A stretch of DNA of 64,000 nt from an uncultured virus (IMG/VR IMGVR_UViG_3300018080_000160) (IMGVR_UViG_3300018080_000160), one strand, 5' to 3'. Positions 40,085 to 49,754 are shown, counted from the first letter of the stretch. A program made the numbers and translations. The notes: generated by a model not told the origin, from the letters alone.

Positions 40085-40618
40085 TTGAAGGTGTTAATAA
40101 ATACGGTGAAAAACGCACTCCCACTTAATAAAAAAGAATTTCAGCAATTCATAAAAGACAACGCAGACAAGTTCTTGACGAAAACTGAAGCATATAACAC
40201 CGTCCGCGAAGCGTTGCGTGATGATATTAGAATATTTGGTGATGATGAGATGAGTGAAAATTTCTTAGATGAATTATTGGCCGAGGATGACGATTTCGGG
40301 GGCAAAAAACAGGTAACCCTCGATGAAGCGTTAGGGAAATTTATGACAGTCCCTCACGAAGCGAAGAAGAATTACGGGTTAATACTCACCGCAAGCGGGA
40401 AAGCATTCGGGTCGTTCAACACGAAAGTTTACACGCCGGAAGTAATAGCGTTGAAGTATAGCTCGGTTCTCGGGCCTTCAAAAATAATCGAGGTAGTTGT
40501 TCGTGGGAGGCAAACCATCGCAGTAACGAGTCAATACTGCAAACTCAAAGATATGGACGAACTCGAACTTCCAACCAACCCGACCAACTTCAACCGTCAA
40601 GGTAGTTGCTCCGCTTAA
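40085..40618 (+). CDS. hypothetical protein inserted antisense between TerL and portal
   Basis: 177-aa ORF filling the gap; true start may be internal. Confidence 0.55.
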   Translation: MKVLINTVKNALPLNKKEFQQFIKDNADKFLTKTEAYNTVREALRDDIRIFGDDEMSENFLDELLAEDDDFGGKKQVTLDEALGKFMTVPHEAKKNYGLILTASGKAFGSFNTKVYTPEVIALKYSSVLGPSKIIEVVVRGRQTIAVTSQYCKLKDMDELELPTNPTNFNRQGSCSA

Positions 40619-42233
40619 CCATAACTACAAAACTACCAACTTTTTCTTTTCTTTTTTGTTGCTTCTCTAACATTTCTCTGCTGACATTATACTCTTTTGG
40701 TTTTCGGTCATCTACGACAATATGAGTCGTCTTCTTGCGTCTTGCGCGAAATCTACGAGTTACTTTGTATAGCCCGTGCATCAGCGCGTCAACGAAGTCA
40801 TCCTTTCCTTTCTTGAGAGTACCAGTAGTGAAGTCATCTGTCTTACCTGCTAACTTCTTCCACCGTAAGGAGATTAACTCACCAATCAAAAGCGTGAAAT
40901 CTTTCGGTATCTTGATGAGCCTCTCCTCAAAGAAATAACACATATTCTCGACGAAACGATTTTTCATCAATTTTTTCTTAGTTCCTTTAGCACCGAAGGA
41001 ATCTGAAGCAGAGCCAAATCTTGAACGAGAGAAGGAACAGCCTATTACTGCACACTCCCTTTCGAGATTATCGCAGAGAGCCTTAGAGATAGGTGCATCT
41101 TCCACTATTACATAAACAGGCCCGAAATCTTCAGCACCTAAGTAATTTAGACAACGCTCTGCTTCTCTAAGAATCTTAGTGCGCATAGATTTCTCCGTAA
41201 TGTTCTGATAGCCTTGAGCATTATAGATATATACCCTTCCAGCCTTTATACCAAGAGTAACAAAAGTAGAATAGTGGTTAGAGCGAGCAGGGTCGCTGCC
41301 AATCACAAAATACTCCATGGATGCAGGATCTGGTAGATTTGGAATGAAGTAATCGTTAGTAGCGGCATCTATATCCTCCTGCCGGATAATAGAGCCACCA
41401 TAAGAACTCCATTCACCAAGAACATTTCTCCTTATCGCATGGATAGATTTATACTTCTTTTTCATCTGTTCGACGGTTTTCGGGAATAACCATCCCCCTT
41501 TTTCCACCAAACAATCATAGGCTGACCAGTGGTGGGTCTTAAAATCGTGTTTTGGGTCATGTTCCCACTCGTATGAAACATGGCCGGGGTCGTCCGGCGT
41601 TCCCGCTATGACGCATTTCCACGCCGGGGCTGTAATCATCTCCCCCCAATATTCTTCAATAACATCCTCGGGTGTGCTGCAAATTTCGTCAATAATTTGC
41701 ACCTTTGCCCGTGGGCCTTTAACATCTGTCTGTGAAGCAGCCAATATCATCAACTGAGACTCAGTTCGACGAAATATTGCTGTGCGTTTCTGCGGAACAG
41801 CCAACTGATTAAGAACTGGGCTGTTTTTTATCATCTTCTTTGCATACTTGCGGTACGCTTCACCTGCCTGACGCTCTGAACCTGCCAAGATTGGAATGTC
41901 CCATCTATGGTTGTTACAGTCGTGTCTGTAAATATCTAACACCGCACAATAACAGATAAGGAAAGATTTCGCGCCACCACGATTACAGCGCAGGAACAAG
42001 TTCGGAATGTCCGCGTCAAGAAAATCGTGCATGAATTCAATTTGAAAAGAAGTAAATCCACGGAACTCATTCATCTCGCTCATATCTTTCATGAGATCAA
42101 TGCCAAGAATTTCATCTGCAAACCGCTCAGGGTACTTGGTAAAATAATCAAATTCACCCATCTGAGCGCGTTCATGGGTGCGGAATTGGAGGATTAACTC
42201 CTCATACTCCGCAACCGTCATTTGTGTGGCCAT
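40590..42233 (-). CDS. terL: terminase large subunit
   Basis: Walker A RCNRGGAKS; KG..QIIDE; AGTP; nuclease GSDPA..DDFVDAL. Confidence 0.9.
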   Translation of the reverse strand: MATQMTVAEYEELILQFRTHERAQMGEFDYFTKYPERFADEILGIDLMKDMSEMNEFRGFTSFQIEFMHDFLDADIPNLFLRCNRGGAKSFLICYCAVLDIYRHDCNNHRWDIPILAGSERQAGEAYRKYAKKMIKNSPVLNQLAVPQKRTAIFRRTESQLMILAASQTDVKGPRAKVQIIDEICSTPEDVIEEYWGEMITAPAWKCVIAGTPDDPGHVSYEWEHDPKHDFKTHHWSAYDCLVEKGGWLFPKTVEQMKKKYKSIHAIRRNVLGEWSSYGGSIIRQEDIDAATNDYFIPNLPDPASMEYFVIGSDPARSNHYSTFVTLGIKAGRVYIYNAQGYQNITEKSMRTKILREAERCLNYLGAEDFGPVYVIVEDAPISKALCDNLERECAVIGCSFSRSRFGSASDSFGAKGTKKKLMKNRFVENMCYFFEERLIKIPKDFTLLIGELISLRWKKLAGKTDDFTTGTLKKGKDDFVDALMHGLYKVTRRFRARRKKTTHIVVDDRKPKEYNVSREMLEKQQKRKEKVGSFVVMVKRSNYLDG

Positions 42234-42251
42234 TAGGAAAAAGTAGGGGAG

Positions 42252-42473
42252 TTAGAATATTAAAACTTTTGACATAATCGTGTAAAGTGTCTCCCTAACT
42301 TGGTAAATCGTCGTACCGTCGTCCAGTTGCCTCAGTTCACCCCATTCAGGATGCAGTTCTACGAGTAAAACGAACAAATCAAGTTCAGCGGTCGATTCAA
42401 TCGTGTACGTCTTTGTAAAATTATCCCACCGCAAATTTACCATCCTCCCGCCGACCTCCAAAAATCGAGACAC
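42252..42473 (-). CDS. hypothetical protein
   Basis: Likely start MVNLRW with GGAGG SD; followed by U-tract. Confidence 0.5.
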   Translation of the reverse strand: MSRFLEVGGRMVNLRWDNFTKTYTIESTAELDLFVLLVELHPEWGELRQLDDGTTIYQVRETLYTIMSKVLIF

Positions 42474-43425
42474 TCAATGCTGGCATTTTAGTCTGCCATT
42501 GTTTTGCGAACTCTGCCAGTGCCTCAATAACTATTCGCTCACGTACATAAATTGGCGTTCCAATCGGAAAGAGCTCTTTGACTTCTTCGTAGTCTTCGTC
42601 CGTGAAAGTCAAGTTCATATCACGTCGGCCCTTCGCTTTGTTATACAAAATTTCGACAATTCTATGTCTGATTTTACCTTCCGTGTTGTCCGCATACACT
42701 GAATTCGTGGATAACACATCAGGATTTAACATTGGATATGACTTTCTCCAATCAGATACAATATTCGAAGTAGCTTTTCTATACAATTCCATCTCTTTCG
42801 ATACTTGTGTCTTTCCGACCCCTCTCGGAGCAAACATCATACCACTTGAGTAAGGTTTTATCATATTAGCTGCAATCTTCATGAGTCCGGATGTATTATA
42901 ATCCGAATCACGGATATGATTCTGCAAGATTGCCCAATCAACCTCAAAACTATACTGACACGCTTCATACACTTCCTCCGTGTATTTCCGGCAATTTGCA
43001 CACACCGTAAATCGTTCATGTGCCCAACACGACTTTCGGCGAATTCTAACCTTCCCTTTTCCTTTCTTGGTAAGTTTACAATTAGATTTAACCGTGGTAT
43101 TGCCATCTGCGTCGTCTTTGATATCTAACCAACCCCACTTGGCTGCCATTTTACAAACCGTGTGAAATACTTCTCTTGGCAAATTTGGAAATATCCTATC
43201 CATGTTATCCCGAAAAACCCACCACCACGCTCCTTTTTCGGGGTAGCCATGCAAAATTCGAACCGCTTCGCCAACCCACCTATAAAAAAAGATCGTGAGG
43301 TGTTCGGCTCTTTTAGGATGAAAAATAAAAGAGGAACGTGCTTTAACTCTCATCATATCATTATTCACTGAAATCACAATCCTCGTTCTCGCAGATTCGA
43401 GTAAATTGGATGTCCCCCTTAACAA
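42421..43425 (-). CDS. hypothetical protein with possible winged helix and Cys cluster
   Basis: REVFHTVCKMAAKWGWLDI; CWAH..CANC..C. Confidence 0.6.
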   Translation of the reverse strand: MLRGTSNLLESARTRIVISVNNDMMRVKARSSFIFHPKRAEHLTIFFYRWVGEAVRILHGYPEKGAWWWVFRDNMDRIFPNLPREVFHTVCKMAAKWGWLDIKDDADGNTTVKSNCKLTKKGKGKVRIRRKSCWAHERFTVCANCRKYTEEVYEACQYSFEVDWAILQNHIRDSDYNTSGLMKIAANMIKPYSSGMMFAPRGVGKTQVSKEMELYRKATSNIVSDWRKSYPMLNPDVLSTNSVYADNTEGKIRHRIVEILYNKAKGRRDMNLTFTDEDYEEVKELFPIGTPIYVRERIVIEALAEFAKQWQTKMPALSVSIFGGRREDGKFAVG

Positions 43426-44020
43426 ACTTCTCCCTAACGCTCAGCGTATTCCGACCACAACGAGGACATCGCAGACCACTCGGTTTGCGCACAATATTCA
43501 CGACGGATCTGTATTGGAACACACCACGCGATTTCTTGGAGATTTCTCGGTGAGAATCTACCAATTCCCTTAGATACCGTCCAACTCTATCGGTAGTATC
43601 TTTCACCTCAAACTTGTTCTCGTACAACGCACGAGCATGAGCAAGTGCAAGAATGCCATCTTTCTTGAGAATTCCGACAAGCCACTGCTTCACGCGACGG
43701 GCTGGGGCATTCTTTTTGGTGGGTCTGCGTTGGAGGTGGGGCACGGAAATGGTGTGTTCTTTTTCCGGCGCGGAGCCTTTTTCCTCTTTCTCTGGAATTT
43801 CTTTGGGCTGAGTTTCTACCGGAATCACCTCTGCAACGATTGACTGGAAAGTTACAGCAGATTCCAAGCGAGTAGCGAAACGCAAATACACTTTTATACG
43901 TTCAAAGATTTCGTCGTCGCTAATAGGCTTTCCCTTCGATAAGACCTTCACAATCTCAGCCACAACCTTCATCGTCTTCGGGTTGACGAAGAACACCATA
44001 GGGATTTTATCGCTTGACAT
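43361..44020 (-). CDS. putative DNA-binding protein (winged helix plus C-terminal Zn ribbon)
   Basis: RVGRYLRELV...I.KKSRGVFQY; CPRC...CENEDC. Confidence 0.6.
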   Translation of the reverse strand: MSSDKIPMVFFVNPKTMKVVAEIVKVLSKGKPISDDEIFERIKVYLRFATRLESAVTFQSIVAEVIPVETQPKEIPEKEEKGSAPEKEHTISVPHLQRRPTKKNAPARRVKQWLVGILKKDGILALAHARALYENKFEVKDTTDRVGRYLRELVDSHREISKKSRGVFQYRSVVNIVRKPSGLRCPRCGRNTLSVREKFVKGDIQFTRICENEDCDFSE

Positions 44021-44876
44021 TTTTGTTTCTCCTTTTCATTTTCCTGATCTCTTTGCTCGACATAGAGCGAAACTTAGCGCGGTCACTCCTTCTACCTCGC
44101 GTTCTCGTTCGCGCACCAAATTCGACGCCTGCTTCACGACGCTGCTGGCGATTTGGGTAATACAGCCGCTTACCATTTACGATAGCCTCACGGACGCGAA
44201 CAGTAGTTGGATTATCAGAGATATTCAAGTATTCAGCAATTGCTTGCTTCACATCCTCCGAAATACCTTTTATTATCGGGTACATGTCAGATTTCTTGAA
44301 GTGGAACCATTTCTTTGACCCACGAATGTGTTCGCAAACTTGTCTGAAAGCCAGCCACATGGAGATGAGAATATCATAGACGTGCCATTTCGTAGGCTTA
44401 AACGAATCAAAAACAAGTCTACAATACCCGATAACATAATCCTGCAACTCAAAAATCGGAGGATTCTCCATCGAAAGCGAGGACAACAGACCCAAGAACA
44501 TCGCCCGTCTGGACACTACTTTATCTTCGTTGAAGTAGTGATTGCCCTTGAAAAGACGGTATATGCTCTCAAAATGCATGGGAACGCTTTTTACTTGAAA
44601 AAACTCGAAGAACTTGCTCTGAAACGACTCGAACTCAGCCGCAGAAACATAGTCGGCGATGGGGTTCAAATCTTTCACTAATCTATCGTCCGAAATTTCC
44701 TCTCTCGAAATAAGAGGAGATTCAAAAAGATAAACCCCCATCAACTCCGTGATAATTACCTCGTCCCACGGGTCGATTTGGTCTGCCTTTACTTGAAACA
44801 TCCGCCGTATGTCGTCCTCGTTTTCACTAAAAGATTTGATGGCCTCTTTGATTTTCTCGTCGATTTTATCTCGCAT
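44007..44876 (-). CDS. hypothetical protein with Arg-rich tail
   Basis: 289-aa ORF, GGAGG SD. Confidence 0.7.
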   Translation of the reverse strand: MRDKIDEKIKEAIKSFSENEDDIRRMFQVKADQIDPWDEVIITELMGVYLFESPLISREEISDDRLVKDLNPIADYVSAAEFESFQSKFFEFFQVKSVPMHFESIYRLFKGNHYFNEDKVVSRRAMFLGLLSSLSMENPPIFELQDYVIGYCRLVFDSFKPTKWHVYDILISMWLAFRQVCEHIRGSKKWFHFKKSDMYPIIKGISEDVKQAIAEYLNISDNPTTVRVREAIVNGKRLYYPNRQQRREAGVEFGARTRTRGRRSDRAKFRSMSSKEIRKMKRRNKNVKR

Positions 44877-44888
44877 TTCCGTGCCTCC

Positions 44889-45431
44889 TCAGATATACAT
44901 GCCACCGTGCGGTTCCGATTCTCGGTTCTCGTCCTTGTCCGTTTTTTTGTGCCCCGGAAGGGAATTCTGGCGTTTTAGAATTGGGATTATTTTTAATGTC
45001 CGCATTCCGGGAGGCAACTGGGCTTGGAGTTGCTCGATAAGAGGTTGCACTGGAAAGTGTTCTTCAATCATGGCTTGTACCTGTTTTTCGCCTGCTATGA
45101 TGGATTCTTCAATCCGCTCGTCTAATTGACGGTTTAACATCTCCCGGATAATGAACTCACCGAGTAGGTGGTAATACCGCTGCCCAACGCTATCGTAGCG
45201 CAACGAGCAAACGATAAACTCGGTGTAGATGTCTCGGGAAAGGGCAAAGAGAATATCTGGGGCCATTTCGTTCGTGCGTTTTGGGTCAAACATGGACGCG
45301 AGATCGTACCAAGCGCATCCTCCACATTCGGGGCAGACGAGATAGCAGGATTCGTCGTTTATTTCGGCAGTGTCAGTGAACCCGCACCGCCAACAGCAAA
45401 CAGTGATTTTGGACATTTTTTCGGTCACCAT
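44889..45431 (-). CDS. Zn-ribbon protein, first gene of an operon
   Basis: CWRC...CPEC; TATA box about 25 nt upstream (probably leaderless). Confidence 0.7.
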   Translation of the reverse strand: MVTEKMSKITVCCWRCGFTDTAEINDESCYLVCPECGGCAWYDLASMFDPKRTNEMAPDILFALSRDIYTEFIVCSLRYDSVGQRYYHLLGEFIIREMLNRQLDERIEESIIAGEKQVQAMIEEHFPVQPLIEQLQAQLPPGMRTLKIIPILKRQNSLPGHKKTDKDENRESEPHGGMYI

Positions 45432-45451
45432 TTACTATAGTGAGGTTAATG

Positions 45452-45523
45452 TTATATAAATATGTTGTGTAATTGTTGTGGTGTCACATTTGTGACTCTC
45501 TTGTGTCACATTTGTGTCACATT
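45452..45523 (-). promoter_or_regulatory. TATA promoter with upstream TGTGACACA cluster 4
   Basis: Minus-strand TTTATATAA at ~45452-45460; motif copies at 45481, 45491, 45502, 45513. Confidence 0.7.
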
Positions 45524-45553
45524 GGATTGATGGATTTTGTCGGCGGCTAAATG

Positions 45554-45866
45554 AAAAAAAAAGAGAAAGCGTGTCTACCAAGTACCCCCGTGCGAGTAGA
45601 TTTCGGCTGTAGTGGCCCCTTTCGGTACTCGTACAGCGTAATTTCGACCCGCACCCCTCTCGGGCTTGTATCTTGGTAGTGTTTGGTCACTGCTCACCGT
45701 AGGTCTCTCGAAAAACTTATCGAGGCTGCCCCACCCCTTCCTATCCGTCACCCCGTGCCATTGGGGCCACTGCGTCACCCCGTCTCCCCCCTCGGGTGGC
45801 TATCTGCGTGATCTCGGTCTGGCTTCGTCGGGTATCGGGGTGCATCGGTTCAAGCGAGACGAGTGA
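45554..45866 (-). ncRNA. candidate structured non-coding RNA (~300 nt)
   Basis: GC-rich island, TATA-like CTTATA at 45883-45888, U-tract end, nested helices and GNRA tetraloops. Confidence 0.6.
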
Positions 45867-46203
45867 ATGTATGCCATCGTGGTATAAGAAGGTTACGATA
45901 GTTTAGCCGGAGGTAGAGTGAAAAAACGCCCCGCGTATTTAGGAACCTGATGTCTCCGCCCCCCAAACCGCCGCCGATCTTTGGAGATCGACGGAAACTT
46001 CAGCCATCTCCGAATTTTTGGCCATTAAACTTAGATTCGGATGAATCTATGCATCTGAATCATACCAGCTTGATGGAAACTATAGGATCTCCATCCCAAA
46101 TGGTCCTGCGTGACCCCTATGGCGTCCTTTGGGACGTGGAGTCACGTCAATTCTATGGCCCAAATCTAAGTTAGAATCGACGTAGGGCTGATCTGCATTA
46201 GCA

Positions 46204-46917
46204 TTAAGGTGAGGGTTTTTCCATCATAATCTTGCGCGGAATTCCATCAACCTTTTCCCCATTATCCCCAACAATCTCGATCTCACCACTTTCAAGAGAT
46301 TTTTGGACGTTAGCGACCTTTTCCGCGATCTCTTGCAAGCTCGGGATAGGTGACGTTCCAGCATGAATTTCGTTGTTGTGGCTTGTTGTGTTAACTGTAT
46401 TGATGGAAATGCGACGTGCATCCACATTTGGGCTGGAACCCTTAGATCGCGCCATGCGTCCGCAATGCTCGGAAAGAAGCTTGAGTAGCTTGTCCATCCG
46501 ACGCATGAGGAATTTCCTATACTCCACGTCGATAGCTCCTTCAAGCTCGTATTTGGTTAGATGGATTTGGGCTTTAATCTCTTGCCCAACGTCGATAGGC
46601 TCTTTGCTAAGCATGAATCGACGTATGGCGTCCAAATCATGCATGTGACGTTTGGCATGATTGGCGATAGATGTAGGATGGATTACTTCTCCCATCTCAG
46701 CCAAACGTATAGCTATTTCCTTTGGTTTCTTTTTTTGGACAATCATATTGTTGATTGTGGCTGCAAATTGGCTCACACAACATTTACATTGAGGATTGAA
46801 GACTTTGAGTATGCTATCAGGCACTACATCTACCGAATCAGATGCATCTTCCTCAGAATCTATCAAAGATTGTAATGGGCCTTCAGAATCGTTAGTTTTA
46901 TCTTTCACGTAGTTCAC
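46204..46917 (-). CDS. Zn-binding HTH protein, candidate terminase small subunit
   Basis: CKCC..I......KEIAIRL......SIANHAKRH followed by helical region; TerS role is inference. Confidence 0.5.
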   Translation of the reverse strand: MNYVKDKTNDSEGPLQSLIDSEEDASDSVDVVPDSILKVFNPQCKCCVSQFAATINNMIVQKKKPKEIAIRLAEMGEVIHPTSIANHAKRHMHDLDAIRRFMLSKEPIDVGQEIKAQIHLTKYELEGAIDVEYRKFLMRRMDKLLKLLSEHCGRMARSKGSSPNVDARRISINTVNTTSHNNEIHAGTSPIPSLQEIAEKVANVQKSLESGEIEIVGDNGEKVDGIPRKIMMEKPSP

Positions 46918-46940
46918 CAGATAAGGCTATGCGGCTTGCT

Positions 46941-46994
46941 AATATAAGTATTTTGTGACACATGAAAAATAGGTTGTGTTACAAATGTGTCACA
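46941..46994 (-). promoter_or_regulatory. TATA promoter with TGTGACACA cluster 5
   Basis: Minus-strand CTTATATT adjacent to motif at 46954; further copies at 46975 and 46986. Confidence 0.7.
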
Positions 46995-47181
46995 ACCTTC
47001 TTCCCATTTCACACCCTAAACAAATTCGTGAGAGATCCTACCAATTTGGCGATCTACCAACCCAATTTGCCGCCTAAACCAACGAAAAGTTTTAATTTGT
47101 CAAATTACTTGTCAATCCCAAGCCACTTTGTGACAATATGCGCCCAAAAACTGCCAAAGTCAATCAAACTTCCATCTACTC

Positions 47182-47325
47182 CCGTCTTAACCTATGTATG
47201 GTCAATCTAATGGTCAAGGCATACCTATATAGTATATAATAATAATAATAATAATAAATCTCTCTCTCTACACCCTATATAGCTAAGGCTTGACTACCAC
47301 ATTGACCACAATCAAGTTTAGACGG
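47182..47325. repeat. large imperfect inverted repeat around an AT-rich core (origin-like)
   Basis: TGGTCAATCTAATGGTCAAG vs CTTGACTACCACATTGACCA (16/20), outer CCGTCT/AGACGG, inner CTATATAG pair, (AAT)n(CT)n core. Confidence 0.7.
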
Positions 47326-47507
47326 TAAAATATGGCCACATCTAAGATTTGGGATGAAATACAGCCCAAATTTGCTTGTATCTCATCTCGAAATAACACA
47401 AAAATTCACGAAATAGCACAAATCAAGACGCATAACCACAAATTGACTTAGTATAACCCCGAATAGCCACAAAAATCTACCTATTAACCCCAAATGGAGA
47501 TTCAGAA

Positions 47508-47984
47508 ATGCTGGATGAAAACGAGTTAAAAACCCTAAAGGTCTTGAAAACTCGCACCAAAAACAACCCGCTTAGTGACCCATTGTTTAGGGCCACTGAT
47601 AAGTATATTCGGTCAACCCTATTAGAGGAACTTGAAAAACCGGAGAAAGAGGTAAAGGAGCTCGTAATACGTGCCTACCATAGGTATGTTTCAGATCCTA
47701 CTTGCATCCCACCAATAGTTAACACCCTTATTGATAATCCTCTACTCCAAGTTCAAGATACCTACGAAATCTTGGCCCAAATCCAAGATTCGGAGTCAAA
47801 TCTCGGTAAACACACGTCTATGGGCTTGCTCCACCTAACCAAAAAACTGATGAATTTCTTTAAACCTAAAATCCTCAAGGTTGACGTGTTTCTGATAGAC
47901 CTAATGCGCCAAGTTTACGGGAATAGGGCCGTCCTTAACGCAATATCGAATTTGAAGGCAAATCTAACTCAGAACAAAGATTAG
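47508..47984 (+). CDS. hypothetical helical protein
   Basis: 158 aa with GGAG SD, followed by U-tract. Confidence 0.7.
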   Translation: MLDENELKTLKVLKTRTKNNPLSDPLFRATDKYIRSTLLEELEKPEKEVKELVIRAYHRYVSDPTCIPPIVNTLIDNPLLQVQDTYEILAQIQDSESNLGKHTSMGLLHLTKKLMNFFKPKILKVDVFLIDLMRQVYGNRAVLNAISNLKANLTQNKD

Positions 47985-48152
47985 AGCCTTAGAACCGAGT
48001 ATCTCTAATCTCTCAATTCCTCTCTTTTTTTGTCCGAATCTCCCATTGGTCCTGCATAACTCCTTCTATCTCTCCAAATCTAAGTGTTGTAGCAGATTCG
48101 GAATAGATTTAGCCCAGAAAGGTGCTATACGAAAACCATTTCATTTTTAGAT

Positions 48153-48194
48153 AAAAAAAAGGGAGATCCCAAGGCCTAAGCCTTAGAATCTCCC
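48153..48194 (-). terminator. 15-bp hairpin plus U8 terminator ending the accessory array
   Basis: GGGAGATTCTAAGGC-TTAG-GCCTTGGGATCTCCC-TTTTTTTT (G.U pairs on the minus strand). Confidence 0.75.
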
Positions 48195-48199
48195 ATAGA

Positions 48200-48328
48200 T
48201 TAGGAGTTAAGTGGGATTATGATGAAGTCTTCATCCCAAATCTGGGTTTGGATGAATTCCTGCATTTCATCATAATCCTCGAAGACGTGGTAATCCCCGG
48301 ATGAATAGAGCTCAAGAGCATAAGGCAT
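48200..48328 (-). CDS. acidic micro-protein (42 aa)
   Basis: MPYALELYSSGDYHVFEDYDEMQEF... Confidence 0.55.
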   Translation of the reverse strand: MPYALELYSSGDYHVFEDYDEMQEFIQTQIWDEDFIIIPLNS

Positions 48329-48329
48329 G

Positions 48330-48626
48330 TTAATCCACTATCCGCCATTTCTTCCCGTTTAGGTCTTCCCCTTCATAGACTGCAAGAGGTTTCCTATTCC
48401 GTTCATCAGGTAAATCGGAAGGCTCATCAAAGCAATTAAACTCAGATTCAATTTCCTCAAGTTCACGATCTGATATTTCCTCAATTTCAGGAAATATTTC
48501 CTCAAGTTCTTCACCCAAATCTTGAAATGCGTCAAGCATTGAATCGCAAGAGCCACAATCGAAGGATTTTGCAATAGACTCGATTAATGCTTCCACCTTA
48601 TTCAAAGGGATTTTTCCTTTCACCAT
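48330..48626 (-). CDS. acidic hypothetical protein
   Basis: 98 aa, GGTGA SD. Confidence 0.7.
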   Translation of the reverse strand: MVKGKIPLNKVEALIESIAKSFDCGSCDSMLDAFQDLGEELEEIFPEIEEISDRELEEIESEFNCFDEPSDLPDERNRKPLAVYEGEDLNGKKWRIVD

Positions 48627-48844
48627 TATATTTCACCTTTCTCTTGCTGAAGGATCTCGCGTAATTGGGCGATCTCCTCCGCGATCTCTTCCATAGAAGC
48701 AAGGATTTGGTCACAATCCTCAGCTCGAACCCGGCAAAATTGTGTTTCTTTCCGGAAAAACGACATTTCCCAGAAAAAATTAGAGATTTTGTCCAAAATG
48801 GTGCTTTGGACGATCTCGAAAGATTTACTTGCCATCTCGGTCAA
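48626..48844 (-). CDS. hypothetical protein
   Basis: Coupled to neighbours. Confidence 0.6.
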   Translation of the reverse strand: MTEMASKSFEIVQSTILDKISNFFWEMSFFRKETQFCRVRAEDCDQILASMEEIAEEIAQLREILQQEKGEI

Positions 48845-49181
48845 TCTCCTCGCTTTGTTCGTCGAACCAATCGGGGATTTCGGATGTAATCCGTTCCTTG
48901 CCTATGATCTCGGTATAATCCCCAGATTGAAGTTTGGCTTCTACTTTCTGCCAAATCTCTTCGTGGGAGCAGGCAGTTACTCGAATCTGCCTATATACCT
49001 TGGCTACTACAAAGACGTCAAGCTCCTTGCTTTCGCCGTTTTTTTGACCGGGGGTTTCGTTGTTTGGCCCAACCCGATTATTCTCCTCTTCCGGGGTAGG
49101 CTCTTCTTCAGCCAATTGGCTGAAATACTTCCTAATGGCTTCCATAACAGCCATAATGGAAGGTTTCTTTTCCTTTGCCAT
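48825..49181 (-). CDS. acidic hypothetical protein
   Basis: Start MAKEKK with AGGAG SD. Confidence 0.7.
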   Translation of the reverse strand: MAKEKKPSIMAVMEAIRKYFSQLAEEEPTPEEENNRVGPNNETPGQKNGESKELDVFVVAKVYRQIRVTACSHEEIWQKVEAKLQSGDYTEIIGKERITSEIPDWFDEQSEEIDRDGK

Positions 49182-49215
49182 TTTTGTTTCTCCTTTTAGA
49201 TTTGTGCCCAATGAA

Positions 49216-49260
49216 GGGCTTTGGTTATCGTACTAAGCCCTTTCTCTATTGAAAGAGAAA
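49216..49260 (-). promoter_or_regulatory. structured intergenic element A
   Basis: TCTCT-TTCAAT-AGAGA then GGGCTT-AGTACGATAACCA-AAGCCC. Confidence 0.7.
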
Positions 49261-49300
49261 AAAAGGAGAGAAAAGAGATTGTTGGTTATTTTCCCCTAAT

Positions 49301-49474
49301 CTACTTCCATGAAAGGGGATTGATGAGATCGTAAAGCTCATCAATGATTGAGTAGCCTTCTTCTTCCAGATCGCCGATCTCAAAGTTTAGAGATCGGACG
49401 TCCAAGAGAAACATTTTGGCTTCAACGTGGCTCAATTTAATTTTTACTGATTTCTTCTTCATTTTTACCTTCAT
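49301..49474 (-). CDS. small hypothetical protein
   Basis: Start MKVKMK with GGTGA SD. Confidence 0.6.
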   Translation of the reverse strand: MKVKMKKKSVKIKLSHVEAKMFLLDVRSLNFEIGDLEEEGYSIIDELYDLINPLSWK

Positions 49475-49497
49475 TCTATTCACCTTTTCACCCAACT

Positions 49498-49543
49498 TTC
49501 GGGTTTGGTTTATGTATTAACCCGAATTCCGATTTGCACGGAA
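49498..49543 (-). promoter_or_regulatory. structured intergenic element B
   Basis: TTCCG-TGCAAAT-CGGAA then TTCGGGTT-AATACATAAACCA-AACCCGAA. Confidence 0.7.
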
Positions 49544-49601
49544 AATAAAAGAGAAAAAGGGGTGTTTGCTTCAGAACCAACAAATATTCCAAATCTCTCG
49601 G

Positions 49602-49754
49602 TTATGCGTCTAAACCGATAGATTCTTCCAGAATCTCATAAAAATCCAAGAGATTCTCCAAATATCTGTTGTGGACTTCCCAGCTCGCGTTTAAATCCAC
49701 AACATTAAGGATCTCTTGGAAGAGATCGTAACAATCTTTTTTATGCTTGTCCAT
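49602..49754 (-). CDS. micro-protein (50 aa)
   Basis: MDKHKKDCYDLFQEIL...GLDA*, AGGTGAG SD. Confidence 0.6.
   Translation of the reverse strand: MDKHKKDCYDLFQEILNVVDLNASWEVHNRYLENLLDFYEILEESIGLDA

Noticed and set aside
45554..45866. RNase P RNA, SRP RNA or group II intron domain V
   Set aside because: No P4 GAGGAAAGUCC-type motif, no SRP helix-8 CAGG/AGCA loop and no domain V consensus seen.
45575..45866. ORFs 45575-45778 (-) and 45666-45866 (+) as proteins
   Set aside because: Short ORFs in a GC-rich island with no recognisable motifs; better explained by RNA structure, though not excluded.
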